From an uncultured Lentimicrobiaceae bacterium (GTDB taxonomy: Bacteria; Bacteroidota; Bacteroidia; Bacteroidales; WCHB1-69): 64,000 nucleotides of DNA. The notes under the pieces are model-generated. The model did not search any database. It saw only the letters and a list, made by a program, of their open reading frames with translations, and was not told the origin of the DNA. This document shows positions 1-8,878 of the stretch, in pieces. Within the stretch, counting starts at the first letter, position 1, and each line of letters starts with the position of its first letter. The DNA lies in the NCBI GenBank assembly GCA_964653595.1, contig CAZZHH010000003.1, positions 37,957 to 101,956 of the forward strand, in the 5' to 3' direction. The position numbers and the translations under genes are program-made.

Positions 1-306
1 AAACGTTTTGACCTGGTAATTGTGGGCTTTACCAACCGCATCCATCACGTTCTTCAAGTCCACACGAGCAACGTATTGTTCACCATCTTTCAACTCAAAT
101 AATAAAACGCGTCTGTCGTTCTCGTCAATTTCCCCCTTGAAGATCATTCTTTTGACATCTGGAATATCCAGAACAAACAACCCCTCAGTGACGGTGTGTT
201 TTGAAACTTCCACATAAGCTGTTTTAATGTGATTCTTCAATGCGAATAAACACCACTTCACAAACTCGTTCATTTCATCCATAATCGTAATCGGTAAAAC
301 GTACAT
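1..306 (-). CDS. hypothetical protein, N-terminal part (gene runs off the left edge)
   Basis: ATG at 304-306 behind GAAAGGAA SD; frame open to position 1 (MYVLPITIMDEMNEF...); truncated, so absent from ORF track. Confidence 0.5.
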   Translation of the reverse strand, partial: MYVLPITIMDEMNEFVKWCLFALKNHIKTAYVEVSKHTVTEGLFVLDIPDVKRMIFKGEIDENDRRVLLFELKDGEQYVARVDLKNVMDAVGKAHNYQVKTF

Positions 307-310
307 GATT

Positions 311-1231
311 TTATTCCTTTCTCATCATCTGTTTTGATTTATACAACAAACCGCTATTTATATTCATTAATTTTTCGCTGTTCATTAAGATACGCACCAG
401 GTGCGAATCATTTTTGTTAACCGCAATACTTAACGCTTCATTATTTCTGGCCGACGGGTCAACGCGTGGATCGTCCAGTAACAGTTTTACAACACCGTAC
501 CTACCCAATGCGCATGCCCTGCGAATCGAATAATTATCTCCGTCAGTCGGATCCATATGTTTGAGTAAAAGTTTGACAACATGGTAATGACCATATTCGC
601 TCGCCATTCCGATACAACAATTGTCAAACTTGCAATCTGCGTTTGTCAAGAGGAAATTCACTACATCGAAACTCCCATGTCTGGCAGCTTCTCTCATCCC
701 CCACTTCAAATCACAAAAAGGCAATGTTGCTTTATTATGAAACATAATTTCTACAATCTGAATCTTATTGTGTTTACAAGCTTCAATGAAAACCTGACCA
801 ACATATTGTTCTGCCCTGAAAAATTGCGTCATCCAAATATACATGTCAACACTGGCATACTTCCCAATCAGCGGGAATATGACACCGATGTAAATATCAT
901 TCTTGTGCGTGTTTAAGATTTCCACGACACTTTTGATTTCGTTCTGTTTGATCAGCCATTCCAAAACGTTTTTCAGGGAATTGTAACTGTGTCGGAAAAG
1001 GCAGATCTCTTCTACATAATGCCTGGTAGTAATACTTTCCATAACAGTAAATTCTTTAGCAAGTTTAGTTCCCCCACTAAAATCAGATTTGTTTACGCGG
1101 ACTTTATAGACACCGTAACACACACCGAATTTGTCAAGGATTTCTTCGAGAAAGTTATAGTAAGGTACGATTAACTCATACATCTTGCCGATCTCATAAT
1201 CTTCGCTAAAGGATTTAATGTACGCCAGCAT
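311..1231 (-). CDS. ankyrin-repeat protein
   Basis: 306-aa ORF with tandem ~33-aa ankyrin-type units (AARHGSFDVVNFLL, ASEYGHYHVVKLLL, ACALGRYGVVKLLL, AVNKNDSHLVRILM). Confidence 0.8.
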   Translation of the reverse strand: MLAYIKSFSEDYEIGKMYELIVPYYNFLEEILDKFGVCYGVYKVRVNKSDFSGGTKLAKEFTVMESITTRHYVEEICLFRHSYNSLKNVLEWLIKQNEIKSVVEILNTHKNDIYIGVIFPLIGKYASVDMYIWMTQFFRAEQYVGQVFIEACKHNKIQIVEIMFHNKATLPFCDLKWGMREAARHGSFDVVNFLLTNADCKFDNCCIGMASEYGHYHVVKLLLKHMDPTDGDNYSIRRACALGRYGVVKLLLDDPRVDPSARNNEALSIAVNKNDSHLVRILMNSEKLMNINSGLLYKSKQMMRKE

Positions 1232-1652
1232 CTTTCTTTATCTTTCTATATGTATCTTGAAGTTCACAAAAATCTTTTAACATCGTCGTGCAACAGAAAG
1301 GAAGGTGTTTTTGACTTTCGTCTAATATTTTCTTAACTGTTGTTTTGTCAATTAAACCCTTTTCTGCATATAAATCCACTATAGAAATCATTCTGGTAAG
1401 CTCACCGATAGGTTCAATATCAACTGGTTTCACTTTATAGTTTCCATATATATCAATTAATGATTTATAGAAACACAGATTAATGTCATCACTTCCATAA
1501 AAGAAAAGCAGAAAATACACGACAGTGACATTCAATCGCTCAGCCATACGCCGAAGCGATTCTACTTCATTATTATCCACCAGGACCTGTCGCAGAGTTT
1601 CCAGCTGCACTCGCATAGCTTCCCATGTCGTATCTGGTGCGAATTCACTCAT
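1215..1652 (-). CDS. hypothetical protein (145 aa)
   Basis: Track ORF 1215..1682 trimmed to ATG 1650-1652; GGGGGAAA SD; ATGA overlap with stop of 1649..2524. Confidence 0.6.
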   Translation of the reverse strand: MSEFAPDTTWEAMRVQLETLRQVLVDNNEVESLRRMAERLNVTVVYFLLFFYGSDDINLCFYKSLIDIYGNYKVKPVDIEPIGELTRMISIVDLYAEKGLIDKTTVKKILDESQKHLPFCCTTMLKDFCELQDTYRKIKKDAGVH

Positions 1653-2524
1653 GACCAATTTCCCCCACGATCCTCTTCGCAAGAATCAGGTTCAACATAT
1701 TGCATAAGATATTTTGTTAAGTCGACAGTTTCCCCACCTGGTGTTTTCAGGAGAAATTCAAAATCATCACCGCAATCTACAAACGAACCATACCAAAAAG
1801 ATACTGTTGTTGAATTTAAGATCACCGTTTCAAGTTCTTCACAATGATCAAATGCACCTTGTTCAACACTGTCTAAGGATTCAGGCAATTCAATTTCACG
1901 AATACCGCAATAATAAAAATCCATCACTTTAATGGTTTCAAGAGATTCCGATAACCTGATTTTTCGAATATCGGAATACCAAAACGCGTTGTCGTCAATT
2001 TTTTCCACAGTGTCGGGCATTTCAATTTCTTTGGTTTCACATCCCATGAACGCGCTATACCCGATAACCTCAACTCCGTATGGAATAACATATTTATCCC
2101 TCTGGACCCTGGCTGGATAATTTACCAATGTTTTCATATCCTTTGAAAACAAGACTCCATCCACAGAGCAGAAATTCGGATTGTCTTTGTCAACAACTAT
2201 GGCATTCAAATCACAAAACAGATTGTCTCGCATAAAGGAAAATGACAAGCGTTCTACGGAGGCAGGAATATACAGCGTTGCGCCAACAGGATCAAAACTT
2301 CCCCCAATAGAAGAACAACCGATATGGGTCACAGGATAAACTTCCCCATTATCCAGAACAATCTCGCTCAGAACATGAATGTCTTCCATAACGGGAAGTT
2401 TATCATGTGTTTCTTTCCCATGGCACCTAACCTCAGCAAGCGTGGCCGAATTTTCATTAAGCCAATAAGTGGCACAACCGATCTTTACGGTTTTCATCCC
2501 ATGTTCATTAATAACGATGTCCAT
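1649..2524 (-). CDS. BspA-type leucine-rich-repeat (LRR_5-like) protein
   Basis: Repeats of form IP.sV..Ig..AF..C..L..I; NPNFCSVDGVLFSKDMKTLVNYP motif; GAAAGGAAAAAAC SD. Confidence 0.7.
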   Translation of the reverse strand: MDIVINEHGMKTVKIGCATYWLNENSATLAEVRCHGKETHDKLPVMEDIHVLSEIVLDNGEVYPVTHIGCSSIGGSFDPVGATLYIPASVERLSFSFMRDNLFCDLNAIVVDKDNPNFCSVDGVLFSKDMKTLVNYPARVQRDKYVIPYGVEVIGYSAFMGCETKEIEMPDTVEKIDDNAFWYSDIRKIRLSESLETIKVMDFYYCGIREIELPESLDSVEQGAFDHCEELETVILNSTTVSFWYGSFVDCGDDFEFLLKTPGGETVDLTKYLMQYVEPDSCEEDRGGNWS

Positions 2525-2554
2525 GTTTTTTCCTTTCGTATTTTATGCGAATTT

Positions 2555-3376
2555 TTAATAATCAACCAGGAAATTATATAAATCTGTCGCTTCAATAACA
2601 ACATTCCCATGATTGTCTTTTTTGGTTTGCTCTGGTGACAAAACCAATTCGAACTTGGCCTTATTACAGCTGTCAAATGCTGCATCGCCAAAAGCAACAT
2701 TAGCAGAACGAACGATAACGCGTTCCAATTTTTCACAACGGGCAAAAGAACGCTCACCAACATGTTCAAGAGCTTTCGACAGATCAACAAATTTCAGTTT
2801 ACCGCAATCCTCAAACGAATCATCACAGATAACTCTCAATTTCTCTGGCATAATGATTTCTCTGATCTTGCTGTCTCTAAATGCCTGCTGCTTAATCGTA
2901 TGCAAAGAATCTGGCAAATGAATATGCTTCAAACGGCTTTTCATGAACGCGCTTTCGCTAATAATCTCAACACCGTCAGGAACAGTATATTCTTGTTCCA
3001 TTCTGCCAATAGGATAAGATAACAAAACTGTTCCATCTTTGGTAAACAAAACGCCGTCAACAGATTTGAAATGTTTATTATCTGGAGATACATGGATGTT
3101 TTCCAGATCGACAAATTTGATAAACGCGTTCCCATTACCTCTGCTTGCGAAGATCTTCTTAACGGAATCTGGAATCATGATGGATTCAATATCGCAAATC
3201 GTATTGTATGATTCAGCACAAAGCCCAGTAACATGAAGATCCGTTCCGCAATCCAATGTAATCTTGTTTGGGATTTTCAAATCGTCATTCTGTGATGTCA
3301 AAATCTCCGCAGTGGCCTCGGCAGACTTCCCAGAGAAATTATAAGTGATATTGTCTATGCATACAGTTTGTTCCAT
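2555..3376 (-). CDS. BspA-type leucine-rich-repeat protein
   Basis: SPDNKHFKSVDGVLFTKDGTVLLSYP plus repeated IP.sl..I...AF..C..L units; paralog of 1649..2524. Confidence 0.7.
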   Translation of the reverse strand: MEQTVCIDNITYNFSGKSAEATAEILTSQNDDLKIPNKITLDCGTDLHVTGLCAESYNTICDIESIMIPDSVKKIFASRGNGNAFIKFVDLENIHVSPDNKHFKSVDGVLFTKDGTVLLSYPIGRMEQEYTVPDGVEIISESAFMKSRLKHIHLPDSLHTIKQQAFRDSKIREIIMPEKLRVICDDSFEDCGKLKFVDLSKALEHVGERSFARCEKLERVIVRSANVAFGDAAFDSCNKAKFELVLSPEQTKKDNHGNVVIEATDLYNFLVDY

Positions 3377-3380
3377 GATA

Positions 3381-3638
3381 TTAATCCTTATTAGCCCTTA
3401 AACCGAAAATAAAGCAGAGTAACCCCATCGGGATTGTAATAACAAGTTTCCCAAGGACCCAACCAATACTGGCTACGGCACCCCAGGCCATAATATTACA
3501 AAAAGGATGTTCAAACCAGATAAAGGATCTAGCCATATCGACGTCCTTCTGGTCCAGCATGACAAGCGTGGTTGTCGTTTCCTGAGCACTGCAAACTGCT
3601 GCGGCAGCCAAGATGAATACTAACATAATATATTTCAT
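3381..3638 (-). CDS. small secreted/membrane protein
   Basis: Signal-like N-terminus MKYIMLVFILAAAAVCSAQ and C-terminal hydrophobic helix; AAGGAAAAAG SD. Confidence 0.6.
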   Translation of the reverse strand: MKYIMLVFILAAAAVCSAQETTTTLVMLDQKDVDMARSFIWFEHPFCNIMAWGAVASIGWVLGKLVITIPMGLLCFIFGLRANKD

Positions 3639-3639
3639 T

Positions 3640-3858
3640 TTATTCTTTTTCCTTCATAATTTTTGCAACCGTCATGGCGATGAGTAGTTTACTTTCAGGG
3701 TTTTTAACGCGTTCTTCGTCGATCAGTTGCGTTAACAGATCCAGCGAATAATTTCCGTACGCACTCCAAGCCATCATGCAAATGTCTATAGAATTATCTT
3801 TAGACTTTTTAAGAATGGCCTTGACAGCGTTTATTTTACTTGTATCAAAATCTTCCAT
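3640..3858 (-). CDS. hypothetical protein (72 aa)
   Basis: Track ORF 3640..3963 trimmed to internal ATG 3856-3858; upstream part better explained by small membrane ORF 3861..4001 in another frame. Confidence 0.5.
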   Translation of the reverse strand: MEDFDTSKINAVKAILKKSKDNSIDICMMAWSAYGNYSLDLLTQLIDEERVKNPESKLLIAMTVAKIMKEKE

Positions 3859-3860
3859 GA

Positions 3861-4001
3861 TTATTTCTGTGTCTGTGATTGTGGCGGAGGTGCTGGGACC
3901 TGCTGTTTGTTTTCTGGTGTAAGTAAGACTACCAATAAAACAATAGCTAAAAAGACAGTCCATGCTGCGAATTTTGCCATATCTCTATCATCCATTATCA
4001 T
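3861..4001 (-). CDS. small membrane protein (46 aa)
   Basis: Below track cutoff; GAAAGGAAT SD + ATG 3999-4001; MIMDDRDMAKFAAWTVFLAIVLLVVLL helix; stop 2 nt before next ATG. Confidence 0.45.
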   Translation of the reverse strand: MIMDDRDMAKFAAWTVFLAIVLLVVLLTPENKQQVPAPPPQSQTQK

Positions 4002-4009
4002 ATTCCTTT

Positions 4010-4105
4010 CTATAGCTTAACGTTGTTGATTGTTGTAATAATAACGCAGATTAATGTGAAAAACGCAAGAAACATCAAACATACCGCCGCGGCCGACTTA
4101 TCCAT
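4010..4105 (-). CDS. small membrane peptide (31 aa)
   Basis: AAAGG SD + ATG 4103-4105; promoter motif 4127-4157 directly upstream; MDKSAAAVCLMFLAFFTLICVIITT. Confidence 0.4.
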   Translation of the reverse strand: MDKSAAAVCLMFLAFFTLICVIITTINNVKL

Positions 4106-4126
4106 ATTGTTGCCTTTAGTTTATTT

Positions 4127-4157
4127 GTGTATACATTAAGCTATAAAGTTTATTCAT
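4127..4157 (-). promoter_or_regulatory. promoter module (TGAATAAA-N13-TGTATAC)
   Basis: Overlaps stop of 4150..4974; precedes small ORF 4010..4105 and the coupled genes down to position 1. Confidence 0.55.
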
Positions 4158-4974
4158 AACTCTTTATTTTTTTACATAAACCGTTTTTGAATAAAATGTA
4201 TCCATTTTGCGCAACCTGTCGCCACTTGTCATTTTCAAGTAACTCTGCAATAGTTTGGCAAAATATGCCAGGGGTTGATTCTACAATGGCTCTCGAGAAG
4301 TAATTGACCTGTGACGTTTCGCTCACTACGCATTTCTTATTGCCAAGCAAAAAACCTATTCGTTCTTGCTCTTGTCTTGCGTATGGCGTAAAGGCGTGGA
4401 TATTAAGAATAATCTTACTGTTTTCTATAAACCTATGTGCTTGTTTAATAGATGTACCCATCACAGCGACAATATTAAACATATTATACATTTGCATTTG
4501 TATGTTTGATATAAGGACTGCTCTTCTTTCATTGAGATACCCATAGAATAAAACATCAATTTCTGGATTATCAACATTGTTTAAAGTTTCAATGTGTGAA
4601 AAATATTCAAAAGGATACACCTCAACATTTTCTATACCATAATAGAGTTTCAAATAGGCGGCATTCATATGATCGTGGCACCAAACTCTATCAGCCATCT
4701 TAATACCCTTACACATATAATCAACATTCATCCACTTATTAGAGTCGGACAATTGTTCCCAAGTATACGCAATAATTTCTTTTTCAGGATATTTTTCACG
4801 CAGTTCCGTAATGGACTTTTGGAAATTACCAGACACCAAAATAATAGAGTTTGAATATTCTTTTTTATCAAACTTGTATTTTATAAAGTTAATGACGTTA
4901 TGAAAATACGGATTTGAAACCACTGCGAGGATAATATGTTTACATTGCTCAATATTTAAATTTGTCAAAGACAT
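4150..4974 (-). CDS. hypothetical protein, weakly glycosyltransferase-like C-terminal half
   Basis: 274-aa ORF, GGAG SD; VLFYGYLNERR...NIHAFTP..EQERIGFLLGNKKCVVSE resembles GT1-type C-terminal fold (weak, by eye). Confidence 0.6.
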   Translation of the reverse strand: MSLTNLNIEQCKHIILAVVSNPYFHNVINFIKYKFDKKEYSNSIILVSGNFQKSITELREKYPEKEIIAYTWEQLSDSNKWMNVDYMCKGIKMADRVWCHDHMNAAYLKLYYGIENVEVYPFEYFSHIETLNNVDNPEIDVLFYGYLNERRAVLISNIQMQMYNMFNIVAVMGTSIKQAHRFIENSKIILNIHAFTPYARQEQERIGFLLGNKKCVVSETSQVNYFSRAIVESTPGIFCQTIAELLENDKWRQVAQNGYILFKNGLCKKIKSYE

Positions 4975-4980
4975 ATTCCG

Positions 4981-5151
4981 TTATTTTTCTCCCCAAAAGA
5001 AACCACACCAACATCCCCTGTGACAATATCTTTGTTCACATAACAATTCCAATGCAGTGTCCTGTTGATCTTCGATCGGTGTATCAACGCAGTATATTTT
5101 TACCTTTGCAGTGCATTCAAAGCATGGTTCGTCCAGTTCAAGCATAAACAT
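4981..5151 (-). CDS. small Cys-rich protein (~56 aa)
   Basis: Track ORF 4981..5196 trimmed to ATG near the stop of 5138..5272; CFEC...C...C..C..C pattern. Confidence 0.4.
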   Translation of the reverse strand: MFMLELDEPCFECTAKVKIYCVDTPIEDQQDTALELLCEQRYCHRGCWCGFFWGEK

Positions 5152-5272
5152 AATCCGTATCAACCTTATAAACATAGATTGTGGATTGTTTAGCAACGTC
5201 TTTGTATTCCATCAATTCGGAAATAGGAGATGCATATAGGATAAAAGTTTCTACATTTTTATTTTTGTTCAT
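5138..5272 (-). CDS. small hypothetical protein (44 aa)
   Basis: ATG 5270-5272 overlapping the end of 5259..5783; C-terminal part of track frame 5138..5497 (MNKNKNVETFILY...). Confidence 0.35.
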   Translation of the reverse strand: MNKNKNVETFILYASPISELMEYKDVAKQSTIYVYKVDTDYVYA

Positions 5273-5783
5273 TTTTCCACTTTTTAAATTCATCTTCAAG
5301 TTCGTCAGTGTTACCGTTTGTAAAGTTTTCAGTAAACACATCAAACCCGTGTGTGTCTGGTTTCTTTTCTTCGAAAAGGCTTTGCATGGGATGGATAGGC
5401 ATCTTGACGGGTTTCGTTTTGGGTTTTTCCACAACGGAGGCAGGTGTTTCCTCAACATCCTCTGGAATACTCCATTTAATAACGAGGTAAAGTACACATA
5501 CGATATTCGCTGTAACTAACGGATACATGGCTTTTTCCTGTCCAAGTGAAGCGCAAATCATGTTGATGAATGATCCCAACAGTATGCCGAACGAAACGAC
5601 TGTAAAACGGCGAGGAATAATATTGATGTTAAACACAGGGATGGCAATGAACGCAACAATCACAAGGAAATCCATCCAAAACATTACATCACAATCTTCT
5701 TCACCGACAAAGAGATAACAAACAGCAGCATTGATAAGAAAACACAACACAATGCCGAGCATAAACGCTGGTCGATTTCTCAT
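5259..5783 (-). CDS. membrane protein (about four TM helices, acidic tail)
   Basis: 174-aa ORF; AAAGAAAGG SD; four hydrophobic segments then EDVEETP...DELEDEF tail. Confidence 0.7.
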   Translation of the reverse strand: MRNRPAFMLGIVLCFLINAAVCYLFVGEEDCDVMFWMDFLVIVAFIAIPVFNINIIPRRFTVVSFGILLGSFINMICASLGQEKAMYPLVTANIVCVLYLVIKWSIPEDVEETPASVVEKPKTKPVKMPIHPMQSLFEEKKPDTHGFDVFTENFTNGNTDELEDEFKKWKNEQK

Positions 5784-5798
5784 TACTATAACCTTTCT

Positions 5799-5939
5799 TT
5801 AATAAGTGTGTTTGAGTAAAAGCATAATTCCAGATACGGGTGCCCAAAGCAAGATAACAAATAATACATATATCAAGACCCTGAAGAACCAACTTACCTG
5901 TCTTTCTCCATTATACAACTCATCGTCGTTTTTATTCAT
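5799..5939 (-). CDS. small membrane protein (46 aa)
   Basis: GAAAGGTAAAAAATT SD + ATG 5937-5939; MNKNDDELYNGERQVSWFFRVLIYVLFVILLWAPVSGIMLLL; below track cutoff. Confidence 0.45.
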   Translation of the reverse strand: MNKNDDELYNGERQVSWFFRVLIYVLFVILLWAPVSGIMLLLKHTY

Positions 5940-5962
5940 AATTTTTTACCTTTCTGTTGAAA

Positions 5963-6112
5963 CTAAAAACAAATCAGGAAGATCAGTAGGCACCATATGC
6001 ACCATAACACCGCAGTTAGTGCGAAAAATTCCCACTTGGTAATATATTCAAACTTGCGTTGAAACAATGTAATAAAAATATGCATACCGACTATTATAAT
6101 GATTGGCGGCAT
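5963..6112 (-). CDS. possible small membrane protein (49 aa)
   Basis: MPPIIIIVGMHIFITLF...LTAVLWCIWCLLIFLICF; SD is ~24 nt upstream, so the start is weakly supported. Confidence 0.3.
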   Translation of the reverse strand: MPPIIIIVGMHIFITLFQRKFEYITKWEFFALTAVLWCIWCLLIFLICF

Positions 6113-6156
6113 CGCTTCAAAGAGTCATTCCATAACCTTTCCTTTCTATGTTGTTT

Positions 6157-6186
6157 ACTACAATCGGGAAAAGAATTTATTCACAC
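6157..6186 (-). promoter_or_regulatory. promoter module (GTGAATAAA-N12-TTGTAGTA)
   Basis: Heads the 6112-to-4150 run of coupled small genes. Confidence 0.55.
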
Positions 6187-6240
6187 AAAAAAAGCAAACG
6201 GATAAACCGTTTGCTGAAAAAATTCCCATGTATAAACGGA

Positions 6241-6891
6241 TTACTCGAATTCGACTTTCTTTTCTACCTTTTCCCATCTGCATCCGTAATCGAATTTATT
6301 GTTCGCCCCGTATCGACAGTAGAAAAAGACACACTTCTCGCCAAAGTGACAATAGCTCCCAATTTCACAATCTTTATTGAATACACATTGTTGGCCAACA
6401 ACTGCACCATTTCCAATCGTGCACCCTATGCCAAATGTACATTTGGCACCGCAGTTGAGCGTTAAACCAATTTCACACTCTTCTTTGAAAGCACATTCGT
6501 CACCGACATGGCATCCTTTCCCGAGTTTACATTTGTCTCCAAACACGCATTGATAAGCAAAAATGCAACCAGGTTCAAACACACATTTCTTGTCGAACAA
6601 TCCATACGGGCCAAAAACGCAACCTTTTCCAAAGTAACAACCTTCACCGAAAAAACATTTTGATCCGAATTTTGTCTCCTCTGGAAAAACACCGAGCGAA
6701 CCGAAAGAACATCTCGGTCCGAATCTCGTGTTTGTTCCAAAGTGTGTACCCGCTTGAAATATTGACCCGCTGGCAAAACTCAGATCGGACGGCATATTTA
6801 AAATACTTTTATAATCACCTTGTGGACATTGTTTCAACCCGTCAGAACCGACAGGAAATTCTTCTAAGTCATCTAAACTGTAAGTGTTCAT
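6241..6891 (-). CDS. Cys-rich hexapeptide-repeat protein (Fam-Q)
   Basis: About 20 consecutive 6-residue units xxCx(F/V/I)G (SKCFFG EGCYFG KGCVFG ...); GGAG SD; TAATG overlap with upstream gene. Confidence 0.75.
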   Translation of the reverse strand: MNTYSLDDLEEFPVGSDGLKQCPQGDYKSILNMPSDLSFASGSIFQAGTHFGTNTRFGPRCSFGSLGVFPEETKFGSKCFFGEGCYFGKGCVFGPYGLFDKKCVFEPGCIFAYQCVFGDKCKLGKGCHVGDECAFKEECEIGLTLNCGAKCTFGIGCTIGNGAVVGQQCVFNKDCEIGSYCHFGEKCVFFYCRYGANNKFDYGCRWEKVEKKVEFE

Positions 6892-8264
6892 TATTCATCT
6901 CCTACATTTATATACATCTTATTCGCCGTTCTTTCAGCACATAAATCTGCCATCCCGAACACCTTGATGAATTTTATATACTCTTCTTTCGGCGACCCGC
7001 ACAGTGTGACATACAGATCTTCCTTGTTCAGAATTGTCATCCCGCTACGGACATGTTTCTTGTATTCTTTCTTTTCGGAGGGAGTACATCTCTTGTAGAG
7101 TTTAATCATTTCAAACGGTAGCATCTGTTCTTCGGAAAGATCCAACTCTTTAAGCGTCTTCAAATAATCCCACCCAATGAATCTTAACAGCGCGGATTTA
7201 CGAATGCGGCTTTTGCCGTAAGCGTTGACGAACTTCTTGAACTCGCACTGCGTGCGAAGAGTTTCGGAGAACCATAAACAATCGGATTCGTCATAAGAAA
7301 CATACTTCTGCATCAGCTGAAAATTTTCTGTTGTCCCGAGCATTTCATAAAAACCAAATGTATGGTTTCTCATATAAGATAAAACATCTGTGCGGATCGG
7401 TTCCATTTCTTTTTCCCTAAGAAACCTCGTCATGAATGCATGATCCATTACACCGACATCCCTAAGAATATCTTCATCGCTCTTGAACTTGAGTTTACCG
7501 TATCTGCGAATAAGGGATTTTTTAAACAACTCGTAGGTACTGTGCGGTTCAAGAAACTTATATGCAAACAAGTCATTTTGAAAGTAAACCATCAACTCGT
7601 CAATGCTTGTGTTGCGATCATCGTGATATCCGATACCGCTAATTTTTTCAAATCCGTATTGACCATAGACAAACTTAATCAACCTGTAAAGGTCATGGTA
7701 GTATGTACTTTCTACCTTGCTGTTCATAACACCCTTGAACTGCGAGATTACTTTTTCCTGTCTGTCAAGCGAAGCTGTTACGTAACACTTCCAATAATCG
7801 ACACCATTAATATTAATAATATCTCTCAGCGACAACAGATCATATCCCAACTGCTCACCACAATGGTTGAGCGACTTGGCATCCACGGCGGATCGCTGGA
7901 CCTTTTGGCCGTGGCAATAATACCACTTTCTTCCATCGTATCCGTCACAGATAAATTCATCTTTTTCATCGTTTGCCCCCACAGCAACCAGTCTGTCTTT
8001 TTCGATGTGCCTCTGTGTAACATGACCATATTGATTAGACGCGTCAAGTAATGGGTTTTTCTTATTTTTAAATTCGTGCCATTGAAGTTTCGGCCCGTAA
8101 TAAGACTTTACAAAGTTCTCTGTTTTGTCCAGCAGCATTAGCAGCTCGTGCGAATCTTTGCAAGGATACTGTTCCACACTTTTGTGGATACAAGACAAAA
8201 CATCGTTGCGGCATTCCCAGTCTTTGACATGCTGGTTTAATCTGTTAAGGGTTTTATCGACCAT
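6891..8264 (-). CDS. hypothetical protein (457 aa)
   Basis: Long ORF; AAGGAAA SD; no motif recognised. Confidence 0.8.
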   Translation of the reverse strand: MVDKTLNRLNQHVKDWECRNDVLSCIHKSVEQYPCKDSHELLMLLDKTENFVKSYYGPKLQWHEFKNKKNPLLDASNQYGHVTQRHIEKDRLVAVGANDEKDEFICDGYDGRKWYYCHGQKVQRSAVDAKSLNHCGEQLGYDLLSLRDIININGVDYWKCYVTASLDRQEKVISQFKGVMNSKVESTYYHDLYRLIKFVYGQYGFEKISGIGYHDDRNTSIDELMVYFQNDLFAYKFLEPHSTYELFKKSLIRRYGKLKFKSDEDILRDVGVMDHAFMTRFLREKEMEPIRTDVLSYMRNHTFGFYEMLGTTENFQLMQKYVSYDESDCLWFSETLRTQCEFKKFVNAYGKSRIRKSALLRFIGWDYLKTLKELDLSEEQMLPFEMIKLYKRCTPSEKKEYKKHVRSGMTILNKEDLYVTLCGSPKEEYIKFIKVFGMADLCAERTANKMYINVGDE

Positions 8265-8302
8265 AAAAAATTTCCTTATCTGTGTAACGCACCTGGTGCG
8301 AA

Positions 8303-8656
8303 TTATTTCTTATACTCAGCGTAGTTAGCTTCGAGCAACCGTTTGGCATTGTCGTAGTTTTCGATCTTCAACGGCACCATGAAATCTTCCACCTTCCACT
8401 TAGAACCAGCAAGTTCTTTCTTCGGCGATACAGCTACTTTATTGTGAGTACGGATGTGTGGGATAGACTTACCCAGTAGCCACAGGTTGACTGCGCCAGA
8501 TGTCAGACCAAAATGATCGGCAAGCCCTTTGGTTGAGATACCTTTTACGACCATGTAAATTTTCATTGCGGTTAGTTTTTCCATCTCCGCAAGTTTAATA
8601 CACATGTCGATGACATTTGTTTCATGAGTGTTTACTTCTAAGTTTTCCATTTTCAT
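8303..8656 (-). CDS. putative helix-turn-helix DNA-binding protein
   Basis: GISTKGLADHFGLTSGAVNLWLLGKSIP resembles an XRE/Cro-type HTH; GAAAGGAAA SD. Confidence 0.6.
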   Translation of the reverse strand: MKMENLEVNTHETNVIDMCIKLAEMEKLTAMKIYMVVKGISTKGLADHFGLTSGAVNLWLLGKSIPHIRTHNKVAVSPKKELAGSKWKVEDFMVPLKIENYDNAKRLLEANYAEYKK

Positions 8657-8672
8657 TTTCCTTTCTAATGAC

Positions 8673-8807
8673 TTAGTTTGTAATCGGCATTACTGTTTGT
8701 GTCGTCGTATATGACGGCGATGTTTTGGTGTGACAAAATACATACGCAACAAATGCGATTAGTAGAATTGTACCCACTGTTGTTGCGATGGTTTGAATTA
8801 CGTTCAT
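8673..8807 (-). CDS. small membrane protein (44 aa)
   Basis: AAGGA SD + ATG 8805-8807; MNVIQTIATTVGTILLIAFVAYVF; preferred over TTG-initiated track ORF 8665..8895. Confidence 0.4.
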   Translation of the reverse strand: MNVIQTIATTVGTILLIAFVAYVFCHTKTSPSYTTTQTVMPITN

Positions 8808-8878
8808 TGTTTGTTTGTCCTTGCATTTTGTGCGACTTGTTCTTGATTATGCAATCTTGTACACTCTTCCCTTTGTTC

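Noticed and set aside
5905-5939. Promoter-like TGAATAAA-N12-TTGTATAAT inside the small ORF 5799..5939
   Set aside because: It fits the consensus perfectly but lies ~120 nt from the next start (5783), against ~35 nt elsewhere. It also coincides with the codons MNKNDDELYNG of an ORF that has its own good SD. I kept it as a possible internal promoter but did not call it.
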